Source: Cyanophora paradoxa CCMP329 (taxonomy: Eukaryota; Plantae; Glaucophyta). Taken from it: 64,000 bases of DNA. Positions 24,509-36,632 of the stretch are shown piece after piece. The stretch is taken from contig QPMI01000496.1 of NCBI GenBank assembly GCA_004431415.1, forward strand, positions 186,001 through 250,000, read 5' to 3'. The position numbers and the translations under genes are program-made. Each line of letters begins with the position of its first letter. Positions within the stretch are counted from its first letter, which is position 1. Under the pieces are notes generated by a model, which saw only the letters and a list, made by a program, of their open reading frames with translations, did not search any database and was not told the DNA's origin.

Positions 24509-25514
24509 ATGCCGAGCTTGAGCTGCCCTGGCAATGCGATCCCCATCGTGCCAGAATCGCTTACACCGGGCGTGACCACCACGGAGGCGGTCTGGACGAT
24601 CTATGAGACCGCCGTGCGCACGATGCTGTGCTCGTTTATTTAAAAAAAACCGCTGACATGGAATATCGTTGCCGTTGCAGTCCAAGAATGTCAACGATGC
24701 ACAGTGGTATGACTTCAAGCCGGCGAAGCCGGGGAAGGCCCTGGCGCTGAGGCCGAACCAATATCCCGACGATGCCCTCTACTCCGGCTTCAAAGTCTGC
24801 TGCCCCAAGGGTGCGCTTCAACTATAAAGCATGTCATTCACTCCTTAGCGTAAGTCATTCTTGGCTGCGCAGGAACCACGTGGGTTGTTGCGAAGGCATC
24901 GAATGGGAAAGCCCACTGCTGCAGCGGCAGGCCGCCTAAGCACGCGGACGCGCGTGACGTGTACAAAGCAACTTGCCGAGGTGCGAATTCGAGTTTTTGT
25001 GGATCCGCGGCCGCAGATCTAGATTTCTGAGCGTTCACGTTAACGCTGAATTGAAAACTTTGCAAACCATGGTCCGTATATATATATACTCCTTTTAATT
25101 CGCATTATTTTGTGCGCAGACAGCGGCTGGGATTTCCCGTGGCGCCACGACGCGGGCCCGAACTTCCTCGGCAACGGGCAGTTCATCGGGGCCTTCCAGC
25201 TCGACTCGGAGACCCTCGCGGTCGTGCCGTACGCGGCGGACGCGGAGGCCGCCGCCGACGTCAACGCCGCCTCCCTCGAGGTCCGACCCGCCCGGCCGCG
25301 TCCCGACCGGCCCGACCCGAGCTCCCACGAGGCCGGCGCCTGGGCCCCGGCCCCGGCCCGGCGCGGCGCGCTCGGCTCGCGATCGACGCGTCGGCCGCAG
25401 GGGGAGGACGGGGCGCTCGGGGAGGCCTTCGGGGCGGAGGGCGACGGGACGGTGGGGTACGGCTTTGCGGACGAGTCGGCCCTCGCCGACCGCCTCGCCG
25501 CCTCACTCCTCTAG
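24509..25514 (+). CDS. Small hypothetical Cys-containing protein with acidic tail, 5 coding exons
   Basis: In-frame GT-AG splicing gives MPSLSCPGNAIPIV...|SKNVNDAQWYDFKP...FKVCCPK|GTTWVV...AHCCSG...ATCR|DSGWDFPW...FQLDSETLAVVPY...|GEDGALGEAFG...AASLL*. Confidence 0.7.
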
Positions 25515-25791
25515 ATACGTATACGGCCCGCTCGATGAGCCGAGCTATATATACTGGCTCACCTAGCTACAGTCCAGGCCGAGCTGATTCGAATTGAGCC
25601 ATATATATATATATACACCGTGCACGTGCACGTGGAGGCGTCCTGTGGGCGGGGGGGAGGGGGGGGGGCGGAGCTAGACGACTACGACCCCGCGCGGCCG
25701 CCGGCGAGGACGAAGCTGGCGGACACGTGCACGGCGACGCCGAAGCCGGCGACGTCGACGTCGACGATTCCCAATAGAACAGCCCCTACAC

Positions 25792-25952
25792 AAACCAGAT
25801 TAACGCGCTTGTAGGCCCTAGCAAGTTCTTTCCAGATAGTTCAGCTCGACCGTTTTCTTTCCTCTTCCTTTTGCGCTTCCAAAACCAGACTAGCACGCCT
25901 TACCGGCTACCGGCTCTTTCCCGATAGCTCAGCTCGACCGCTTCCATTTCCT
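25792..25952. repeat. Imperfect ~90-bp tandem duplication
   Basis: AAACCAGAYTA...TCTTTCC.GATAG.TCAGCTCGACCG.TT occurs twice. Confidence 0.65.
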
Positions 25953-27205
25953 TTCCAGCAACCGAAGCACGAGCTCGAGCCCAGCCGTATACCACAAGAG
26001 TCCCCCCCCCCGCCCGCGCCCTCCCCCCCCCCCCCTCTCCTTCCACCCCCGATAGTGCCGACCACCCCCCCCCCCCCCCCCCCCCCGCCGCCCGCCCACG
26101 TCCATGTCCGCTCTCCGCTACCGATCGCGACCACCGGGGTACCCTCCCGCGCCCAGAACGATATTTCCCCCCATTCACTGCACTGTAGCACCACAGATAC
26201 CACAGCATGTCCATGTACGTCTTTGTGGCCCCCCAGGCCAGCTGCAGCGGGATCATACGCTGGGCAGGCCTGATTCAAATGTACTGACATGCCCCCCGGG
26301 AGCTTTTCCAAAAATAACACCGTGGGGGCGGCGCCCTCATGATCACCCCTCCTGAAAAAACGCCATACAAGTCCAGCCGAAATTAAAGCGGAGCACAGCG
26401 AGTGACTGGCGCGAGACCGGGCAGGTAGGAAGTGCATTTTATAATTAGATCAGCCGAGATGAAAAACATTTTTGGTCTCCCGCCAGAAGCTCGCCGCGCG
26501 AAAGTTGGCCTCGGGGGTCGCTGCGCCCCGACCCCCTCTTCAGCCCTCGACAGCGCAAGGCAGCTCAAGGCCCGCCCAGGCCCCCCCCGCGCTCTCCCCA
26601 TCTGCCCTTCCCGGCGCGGGACTCGAACGCTGGAGCAATAAGACGCCGGCCGGGTGCACTGCTAGCTCGGCTAGCTCGCCGCGAAACTGGCCTTTTCCTC
26701 GTCGCCTTTCTATGGCCATACATCTAGGAAAATTTTGTACCGCGTCCGCGAGAGACTGAGCATCAGATATGCATTAAACGCTCGTGTTAAACGTGTTAGC
26801 TCGTGTTAAACGCTTCGGTCTCTCGCCAATCGCTCCCCCTAGTTTAATCGAGCCGAACTGAACAGATCCAATTCTGTGCATGCATTTATATTGAATTTAA
26901 TGGTCATAATCAGCGATCGCAAGGCACGACTCAAGGCAGCGCGGGCCGGGGCAAATTAAAGGGCGGGGAGGGAGGCCTAGGCCCTGCGCTAAGCTTGCTT
27001 CGAAGCGAGCTCGAGCTCGAGCTCGCCCGTCATCTTGTGATAGATTGCTCGCGATCGGTGCGCGTGTTCAGTGCACGTGACAGGGGTATACGTATATATC
27101 GATCGATGGCGAGATTCGAACATGCGCATGCTTGATGCCCTCCCCGCTTCCCCCCTCCTTCGGCCCCCCAGGCCATGAATGACCCCCGACCCCCTGCGAC
27201 TCTCC

Positions 27206-27390
27206 GGGCTTCGGCCCCTCCCCAGGCTTCGGCCCCCCCCCTGGCTTCGGCCCCCCACCTGACTTCGGCCACCCCCCCGCGGCCGGCTTCGGCCCCCCGT
27301 TTGACTTCGGCCACCCCCTCGGCTTCGGCCACCCCCTCGGCTTCGGCCACCCCCTTGGCTTCGGCCATCCCCCCGGCTTCGGCCGACCCC
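27206..27390. repeat. 18-bp minisatellite, about 10 copies
   Basis: Unit G(G/A)CTTCGGCCACCCCCTC with a variable C-rich tail. Confidence 0.85.
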
Positions 27391-27941
27391 TCCCGGCCCC
27401 TCGCAGCTCGACTCGCTCTCCGGCTCCCGGCCTCCAGGCTCTCTGCTCCACCTAGGCCTGTAACTGCCCGCGCTCCCTCCACTCGGTTATATAATTATCC
27501 CCGCTCCCCTCCCCGCCCCGCCCCGGCCCGCATCCGCTGCCCACCCCCTGCTGCCGCCTCTGCCTACTCCCTCTAGATCTCCTTCCCCCTCTCCTCCTCC
27601 TACCACCTTCTTCGCCTCGACAAGACGGGGCACCGACTAATCGGTGCCCTGGGGCGCAGGTGAAGAGGAGGGAGAAGGAGGCCTAGGGGCGGGGATGAGG
27701 AGGGGTGGACTCCCGGGAGGAGCGGCGGCAAGGGAGGGCGACGGACTGCGGGACATTTCACTTCCAGGGCTCATGAGGGATGGAGGAGTTGATCAAGGGG
27801 TGGGCGCGCGGGTCTGGCTGCGGCTATCACCAAAAACCATGGCTCCCCCACTCAGGCGAACCTCCCATATTGAGCGACCCATGGCCGGCAACTAGCTATA
27901 GCTAGCATCTTCGGCTAGATAGATGACCGGTCGGAAGGGCA

Positions 27942-28088
27942 CGTCACGTAGAACATTGGTGCATGTGCCGTGGTGTAGCGTCACGTAGAACATTGATACA
28001 TGTGCCGTGGTGTATCAATGCGACGTCCACTTTTGCAAAAAAAAAAAAAAAGTGGTGTATCAATGCGACGTCCACTTTTGCAAAAAAA
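27942..28088. repeat. Two overlapping tandem duplications (37 bp, and ~45 bp with an A-run)
   Basis: CGTCACGTAGAACATTG.T.CATGTGCCGTGGTGTA twice, then GTGGTGTATCAATGCGACGTCCACTTTTGC(A)n twice. Confidence 0.85.
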
Positions 28089-28559
28089 CCGCTTCCCCCT
28101 TCCTTCCCCACGGGCCCGGCGGCCCCTCCGGATCCCCGCGCGTGCGCCCCCCCCCTCTCCCCATCCCCCTCCCTCTTCCCAACCCCCCAGTCCCCCCCCA
28201 GCTCCTTAGGCCTCCCCCAGCAGCTTCGGATCCGTATACGTGCTGAGTATGAGAGTACAGATAAGCAATGACAAAAAAAGAAAGCGATTCTGTCTTCTCC
28301 AAAAAAGCGAACGAGAACTGATCATGATCTACAGCGAAATCGAATCTACAGTTGCAGTCTACCATATGCATATGCATATGCATATGCATGGACATTCCAT
28401 GCATGTGCATGTATACATACATACGCTCAAATCTACAGCGAATCTACAATTGCAATCTACCATATGCATGGCCATGGCCACTAGTACTGTAGCTGGGCCA
28501 TTCCATGTACATATGCATGTACGTATACAGCTAGCTATATATAGCTCGGGCTGGCGAGC

Positions 28560-30506
28560 TCAGATCTCGAAGTTGAAGTCGGCGGGGCGGGCGCGGCGCG
28601 GGATGGCGACGGCGCGCGAGGGCCCGATCTTCATGTGCCGCGCGAAGTCGTCCAGGAGCCGCGCGTCCTCCTCGTCCGCGCTGTCCAGGTCCACGTCCGT
28701 CTTCAGCTCCAGCTCGCTGCCGCGGCGGTCAGTGAAGCGCAGTTAGCTATAGCCTAGCCTCGAGCGCGGCGATTATCTATTGACTAGTACTGGATTATCG
28801 ATTAAATATTCGGCGCTAGGCTCGCCGGTTTGATTGGAGCGCACCTCGCCTCGTCGTCGCCCTCCTCCTCGAGGGTGAAGAGGACGCCCTCGCCCCGCCG
28901 CAGCCGCTTGGGGTCGCGCCCGCGCGAGGCCGTCTTCCCGACCTTCCGCCTCTGCGCCGGCGCCCGCTGGGCTTCAGAAGACGATGCCCTAGATATAGCA
29001 TATAATTATAATTTAAATTGTATACGTACCACGGTCTCGCAGAGTGGGGTGGGGCGCGTGCGGGATCCAGACTGCAGGTGCTCTTCGATGGTCCTCAAAT
29101 GCTCGAGGAATCTGGGTTCGAAAGCGAATTATATCGAAAGAAATACAATAACGCTTACGCAAAGAAGCTTAATAGAAGTGCGCACTGGCAGAGGTCCGAG
29201 TCGCCGGCGATAGCGAAGAGGGCCCTCCTCAGCTTCGCCTCGCCCACCTCGCTGCCCTCGCGCCGGCAGGCGGCCGCGACGCACGCCGCGACGAGGGCGT
29301 CGTCCCGGTGGAGCGGCGAGGCGTGGTGCGCGTGCGGCGGGCGCGTTCGAGCAATCTGGCGGAGCAGGACGGCTGCCGCGCGTGGTCGCAAATCAGAGAT
29401 TTATTTCTATCAATTCAAAGCGCTCAAATACACTCAATTGTAAGCGCACCAGCTTTCGGCGGTGACGCTTCGAGGATGGCACGGACGGCTTCCAATGTTG
29501 AATCCTTCAGGGACTGGATCTCGAGGTCAAGGGACAGCAGGTAGAGAGGAACTGCGCATGCGGTCGAAACATGAATAGAAGTTGCGGTTTTCGACACGTC
29601 CGCGCCGTTCAAATCTATCGACCGCGGCCGCGCGCGCCCCGACGCATGCGGCTGCTCGCTCGAGCTCACCGACGTTGGAGTCTTCTATCTCGATCGGTAT
29701 CCCGTACAGATAGTTGAGGAGCAACGGGAAGGCATCGTCAAGGGATGGCGCTCCAAGATTGACCTCGACGGGGCTGCCGTGTGCTGCGCGCACATTGTCG
29801 GCATCGTGAGCTCGAGCTCGCTTACGTATACCACATTTCGATATCGATATCGCTGGGGCGCTTTGTAATGAATTGGATATCGACGGACGCACGTCGGGCG
29901 CCTGAAACAATCTTGTCCAGTGTCTTCGACTGCGCTCCAAGGATGATTCTGCGCGTGCACGTGCACGGGCGCCGCGACGTGCAATCAGAGATTCTGTCCC
30001 GGTCACTGTTCCGTTCGGTTTTTATCCGAGACCCACCTGTGCACAGAAAATACTCTGCCGTTGTCCAGCCTCAGTTTTGCGTCAGAATACCTGCGCGTGC
30101 GGTAACCGGTGGAGCGGCTTGTTAGACATAAAAACAGAAAGCTGTATATAACATTTAGTACGTACTTTACAGCTAGTATCGCTATTGCATTATGGTCTAC
30201 ATCTTATCAAAATATAGCGTTTTGAAAGCATATGCACATGCATCATGCGGCGAACCTGCCCGACTCCATAAAGTATCGCAGAGCCAAGGCTGCGTTCGAG
30301 CATGTCCTCATTCGTACAGCTGCCGACGGCGTGGAGCGTGCGATTGGGGTCGAGCATGCGCTTCCGGCCTCGCTCTTTAAACAGCCGTCTTGTGCGTGGG
30401 CGCCGGCGCCAGCCGTGGCATGTGCAGGATACGGCGCTGAAGGCATGTCGTCGAAATGGATGCTGGTGTCGGCCGGAACCGAGAGCACATGCACGTGGGG
30501 AGACAT
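28560..30506 (-). CDS. BTB/POZ domain protein, spliced
   Basis: Spliced FMESGR|YSDAKLRLDNGRVFSVHR|IILGAQSKTLDKIV...DAFPLLLNYLYGIPIEIEDSNV|VPLYLLSLDLEIQSLKD fits the BTB consensus. Ends PADFNFEI*. Confidence 0.82.
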
Positions 30507-30995
30507 CAAAAATGGCGAATTCGAGCCAATTTCGAGGCCACACTGTGACAGCTGGTATACGTATGATATCAAACGTCCGGGCCGCGGCCGGCGCCGGGAC
30601 TCCGGGATCGAAGATGGCGGGCGCCCGCGCCCGCGTTCGAATTCGCCGAGAAACCGAGTGAAGCTCTAGATCTTAGCTTCGAATTCTGTGAATTTTAACA
30701 ACAGGCCAGCGCACTTGCCAAGTTGTGCTGTCGATCGTGCGGATTCGTGCCACGGCGGTGACGGTGCAACTTGCAATTACTAAGTGCTGAGTCTGCGCAT
30801 CCGCGGCCGCCGAGTCCGGAATCCGGATCTGATGATCATCGATCGGATGGCAATGCATGCCCTGATGATTCGGAGCCCTGGGCCCTGGCCCAGCCCCCGA
30901 TTCGGAGCCCTGGCCCAGCCCACTACGCGTCCATGCGTTTCAGTTTGCAGCGTCTACGTGACTTATAGGCTGGCCCAACCCCCCGATTTGTCGGC

Positions 30996-31473
30996 CACTG
31001 GGCCAGCCAGGTCAACCCTTTTCGGTTTCATTGGGCCGGGCGGCCAGCTGGTCGGCGACGCTGGCTGGGGGGTCGGCTCGGGGCTAGAAGCGGGGGGCTT
31101 GATGGCGTGGCTTGATAAGATCAACTTCGCATATTCTTTACAGTGCACAATAAATTAAAACAGTTAACGTTTTAGAAGCGTAGTTAAGAGTGAACTTAAT
31201 TAAATATAAGACATGGACACCGATTTCATTTAACAATGTCAAGCTTTGAACGTGGGATCTGAATCATCTGATGCATATGCTGGCCAAGTCTTTCAAGTTT
31301 GGCTCTTATATAATTATAATTGTAATTATAGCTAGCTGGAGGCTGGCCATGGGGCCGCCAGCTGGCCACAGTGGCCATGGCCAGCCAGGGGAAGCTGGCC
31401 CGGGCTTCGCCGGCTTGGGCTGGCCCGCTGGCCAGAGCTCCGAGGGAGACATGCCATGATGGCTGGCCCAGTG
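30996..31473. mobile_element. Non-autonomous TIR element with CACTG termini (CACTA/CMC-like)
   Basis: 14-bp perfect TIR CACTGGGCCAGCCA / TGGCTGGCCCAGTG, flanked by GC on both sides (possible 2-bp TSD). A second partial copy lies at 19402-19539. Confidence 0.6.
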
Positions 31474-32782
31474 GCTAGTGACCTAGGCCTGGCCATGGCA
31501 TTGGCTGGCAGCTGTTGCCAGCCTGTTGGGCAATGGGCATGTACCGCCGTACCGGTAGTCTATGACTCGGATAGCAGGCAGATCTTGGCATCATCTTGCC
31601 AAGTTGCGCTCATATGCATGATCGATATCATCGGATGCAAGAAGTTGCCAAGAACGCATGTACTCAAAAAAAAAACATGTCCTTATAATAGTCTTATATA
31701 CGTTACTAATATAATATATAATACGTATACGGCGTATACCGGTACCGTAGTACGGCCGCGGGGCCATTATGACGGGCGCCGGCGGGCCGGGCCGGCCGCG
31801 GCCGGCCCGGCCGGGCCGGTCACACTGACTCACACCGAGTCACACACCGGGTGGCCCACTGGGCCCTGGCCCCTGGCCGGGCCGCGCGGCCGGCCCCTCA
31901 GGCTCGCGGTGGGTAGTGGTGGGCTACTAGTGGCCCAGTGGCCCCTCGCAAATTCAAAGAGTCGCAATTGCAAGTTGATCTACAGTCAGTAACTAGAAGC
32001 AACGCGGTACCGTAGCCTACGTACGCGGCGGTACGCCGTACGTATACGCCGGCGGACCGTCGGACGGTATACGTAGTACGTACCAGTAGTGGTCCAGTAC
32101 CGGTAACTTCGGCGGTAAGTTCACTCAGTGAATGTGTGCGCGCGCGCTTACTTTTCTTGCAATTTTGGCTGCGCCCCGGGGCCGGCCCAGGTGCATGCAC
32201 TGACTGAAACTGACTGGCTCAGTCTGGCAGCCAGTGCCAGGCAGTGCCGCATAGGCTTGCCCACGAAAGCTACTGGCCCGCCAGTAGGTGGCAGTGGGTG
32301 CCACCCGGGAAGCTTAAAGTTTCACAATCATTTATCGGCCATCTTGCGATTTTTACTGGCCAGCGACGCCCGGCCCAGCGTTCTCATGCGAGCAGAAAAA
32401 TTCCCCCTTTTTCGAACGCGAAACGCCGACATGCTCGACAAAAACGCATGAAGTTGGCCACGTTGGCAACTTGAATGCCGCTCAACCCCCATGACCCTGG
32501 CATCAAGGCTGATGATCAAGCTTGGGCGCATAGAAAGCGCTTACTACCCCCAAATCGCATGAAGCGGCGCGCGCCGGCCGGGCAGCCGGGCGAAGCTCCT
32601 CAAGGCCTCAAGGCCTCCGGCCTCCGGCGGCCTGATATCCCGGCCTCTTCCCCGGCATGCAGGCGCATCAGCAGCGCAGGCTGCTGCGCAGCTGCAGGCT
32701 TGCGCTGGATGCGCCCCAGCTCACCGGGCGCTGACACCGTACGCGCGCTTCCGGTCCGAGCTGCGCATTCCACGACTGCGCG

Positions 32783-32860
32783 GCCGCAGTGCGCACTGCG
32801 GAAGTGTAGTTCTCAGAGTCTCATCTCCGTTGTCTTGCGCATTGCGCAGTGTAGTTCTCA
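32783..32860 (+). promoter_or_regulatory. Putative upstream regulatory module shared with 19741-19785
   Basis: GCCGCAGTGCGCACTGC followed by TCTCAGAGTCT occurs at both loci. AGTGTAGTTCTCA is present twice here. It lies ~550 bp upstream of the cysK ATG. Confidence 0.4.
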
Positions 32861-33352
32861 CCTAGATCTACGCCCCGGCACGAGCTGCAGCTGCGCATGC
32901 TGCCAGCTGCAGCTGCAGCCTCCTGCTAGTTCTAGAACCTGCAGCACGCATACGCGAACAGCTGCAGAGAAGCGCGAAGTGCGGCAACTGTCGAGCCCGC
33001 GGACGAGCGCGCGCGCGCTCCAAAGTCTTCCTCGACCATCCGCAGCTGCAGCAGCTGCAGCTGAGCGCGCGGTCAGCGCCAGCTGCAGCGAGTGACAGCA
33101 CATCTAGATCTGCCTGGACGGAAGGCGCAGCGGCTTCGGCTCCGAATTTGCGCCTTGACTGGTCGCCGCGCGAGTTGACATCAGCGCACTCGATCGCGGG
33201 CGGACCCACGCGCACGAGCAGCTTCACTTTTCGCGGGCCGACGCGCGCGTCCCCACCCATCGATAAAGCACAGCGCGTACGCGCACGCGTACGACCGGAT
33301 CGCCGAGTGCGCCTCTCCAGCGCGGGCAACTAGTACTACCGGATCCGGACGT

Positions 33353-36300
33353 ATGAAGGTCGACAACATTCTCGGCGCGGTGGGCCACACGCCCTGCGTT
33401 CGCCTCGGGAATCTCTTCGGAACGCGGGTGCCCGCGTGCATGCGCAAGCTCATAATCGAGCTTTCGCCGCTGCTGCGCATGCTGAGAGCTGACATGAGAG
33501 GCCGCGCGCGGCCGGCGCCGCTCGCACGCGCAGGTCTCCGTCTACTGCAAGATGGAGCGCATGAACCCGGGGAGCAGCATCAAGGACCGCGTCGCGATGG
33601 CGATGGTGGAAGAGGCGGAGCGCGCCGGCGAGCTCAAGCCCGGCATCAGCGAGGTCTGTCACGCGCATGCGCACGCGCCCCGGCCCGGCCCCGCCCCGCC
33701 CGCGCCGCCAAGTTGCACGACAGCCTCTGATCATGGACTTGCTCTTTCCTTTGTGTGCGCACGTGCGCAGATTATCGAGGTACGCCCCAAAGGACATGAT
33801 CATGATCAAAGCGTGATTCTAGGCCTGATCGAATGCCCGCTGCATGCGCTATTGTCTGCCGCATGCGCAGCCGACAAGCGGGAACACAGGAATTGGCCTA
33901 GGTGCGCTCGCATCTTGCCGCAGTGCACTGCAGCTGCGGCATGCGTGTGCCAGGCTTTGATGATAATCATGCAATTAATATAATTTATATATATTGGATC
34001 TGTATATATGTCCAGCTTCGAATCCGGTTCTGATTTTTAGGCTCGAGCTCATGATCAACCATGCATATGAGTTCTGATTCTCTGTTGCAGCAATGGTCGC
34101 CGCAGCAAAGCGATACCCCATCACTCTCGTGCGCTTTTGCATTCGTTTAATTATATAATATAATGCGCGCAAATCAAATATACGCGAATGCAGTTCCTTG
34201 AACTCTGAATTAGTATTCGTGTGCAGGTGATGCCGGAGGTCGTCAGCATGGAGCGAAAGAAAATAATCTTGGCCTACGGGTGAGCATGTTCAGTCGACGT
34301 CTCTAGCTATAAAGATCGACGCACTAGTGCAAAAGGGAATGAACATTAAGCCTTGCAAAAGAGACGTTAACGTCGACGGCTAAACGACATTATATCCCAG
34401 TTCAGGGCTGTACATGTCGCTTAAAAGCTTGCTGACACGCCGGCGCCTGCTCAGAGCAAAGATCGAATTCACGCCCGCGGGGCTCGGAATGTCAGGCTCT
34501 GTGCTCAGGGCAAGGGAACTGGTCCGCTGCAATGCGCATTATATATAACTCTACGCGTGCGATTAATATTACCCATGCTTGATGCGCAGTTGCGGGAAAG
34601 ACCGAACGCGTGGATGCCGAGACAGGTGATCACACTTTGGAATAATTCTTAGCTGGAGTTCCCTTCAACTTAAACTTTCGACGTTTCTCGCGAATCGAAT
34701 GCCAACGCCTCGCCTCGCTCACAGTTCGAGAACGACGCGAACTGGAGGATACACATGAACGTGCGCAGAAACGCCCGAATTCAAATGTTTTTAATTACGC
34801 GATTGTTGCTTGCGGTTTTGAAGCAAAGCATCCAGCAAATTTACACTGAACGCTGCGGTCACGCAGACGACGGCACAGGAGCTGTTGGCGGACTTTCCGG
34901 GAGGGATTGACCTCCTCATTACGGGCGTCGGGACAGGTCAGTGGAACGTCCCCCGCCCCCCTGAACTTCGAATTCTACGCAATTCCAGTTCCCTTATCGT
35001 TCAATTTCCTTCCACAGGCGGACATATCACTGGATGCGCAAAGGTCTTGAAGCAGCGATTCCCTCACATAAGGTGCACATCAGTTCACATCGCGCCCGCG
35101 TATACGTATCCGCCGTTACAATTTAATTCAATTCGCCTGACCGTGAGCCGCTTTCGGCGCAGGTGTTATGCGGTGGAGCCCTCGAGCTCGCCCGTGCTGA
35201 GCGGCGGCAAGCCGAACCCCCACGGCATCCAGGGGATCGGGCCCGTAAGTCAAATTCCTTGCAGCGTTTAATTCGGCTTAATCACGTGCGCGTGTTTACC
35301 TCCAAATTTCCCTCGATCCGCCGCGCAGGGCTTCATTCCCAAAACGCTCGACAAAGAGGTGTGCGGGCCCTAGATCGCAGAATTCGAATACTAATTCGAG
35401 GCGGAACCCCCTCTCACGATATATATATCGATAGATTCTGGACGGCGCAATCATCGTGACAGACGAAGAAGGTTCGCGATTCGCGTTCTTTTTGATGCGT
35501 GATATCGATATTCGCACACTAAGGACCGAGCCCCGGGTGTTCTTAATTTGCGCAGCATGCGACTATACGGCCCGTCTAGCAAGGCAGGTGCGAATATAAA
35601 TTAGTGAACTTATTGAAGACAGCGCAAGCATCGATATCCTGTAAATATAATTTAAACGTCGGCGTCCGCAGGAGGGAATTCTGGCGGGGATTTCGACGGG
35701 GGCCTCGCTCGCCGCCGTCGCGAAGATGCTGCCCCAAGTCGCAGACGGGCACACGGGTGCGCGCGGTCGCGGCCCGATGCGGGTCCCGACCGATGACGTT
35801 GAGGGGCGACACGCTTTAGCTCCCTGATTCTCGCGATCTCTGGCGCAGTGGTTACCTTCTGCTACGACTCTGGCGAGCGGTTCGCACCGTTCATACTGAA
35901 ATAAACGATCGCGATCGCATTTGCGCCGATGCGATATCAATTTTCGCGCAGGTACCTTAACGTTCCGAACCTATTCCCGCTTGGCGAGGGAGCCGTGAGT
36001 TTCACGAACGGCTGCACGACACAGGTGCTCGATCCCGGCCCTTCAAAGATAAATTCCCCACGATCAGGAGTTCACACGCAACGTACCCCCGTCTTTCTTG
36101 CAGAGTGCGCACGCGGCTTCTACCCAGGTCGACGTAAACATGTCTACCCCCACCGTTCGCGCCGTTCAGGTGCCGGTCCCCCCGCCTTCTGATTTCGCGT
36201 AAGCCTGCCGGCTGCAATCGCGATCTAATTCCGATGGCGCGCGCGCGTGTACGGGTACCGGTGCAGGCTCGCCGGGCTTCGTTCACGAAGGGAAAGCACA

Positions 36301-36632
36301 CGGCCGCGCACGCCCACGGCGTGGTCTCGGTCAATGCGTCCGTCTACGGGCCCCCGCTGGCGCCGCTGCCGCCGCGGGGCCCCGGCGGCCCCGGCCTCCC
36401 GTGCCCCTCCTCCGCCTGCCACGGCCAGGCCGCCGTGCCCTGCTTCGCCTCGCACGCCGTGCCCATCTCGCACCTCCCCACCATCTACACCCTGGCCACT
36501 GCCCCCGGCTCGCCCGAGGACGACGAGGTCGACGCGAGCGCCCCCGACCTCGACCCCAGCTACTACCGCTCCCTCAGCCTCCCCGAGTCGAGCTCGGACC
36601 GCATGCGGCTCACCCCGGACGGGCAGATGTAA
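33353..36632 (+). CDS. cysK: Cysteine synthase A (O-acetylserine thiol-lyase, PLP) with C-terminal extension, about 20 exons
   Basis: [14 protein letters not shown] (PLP lysine), IIE|[20 protein letters not shown]|[24 protein letters not shown] and YDSGER|YL. Two further in-frame exons run to TAA at 36630-36632. Confidence 0.93.

Noticed and set aside
27206-27390. CRISPR array, or the PKPRGW / AEAEGV repeat-protein ORFs
   Set aside because: The units are contiguous 18-mers with no unique spacers, there are no cas genes and the context is eukaryotic. The ORFs are by-products of the minisatellite.
28240-28746. His-Met-rich metal-binding ORF (MHMHMHMH)
   Set aside because: It arises from a (CATATG)n microsatellite in the 3' flank of the BTB gene.
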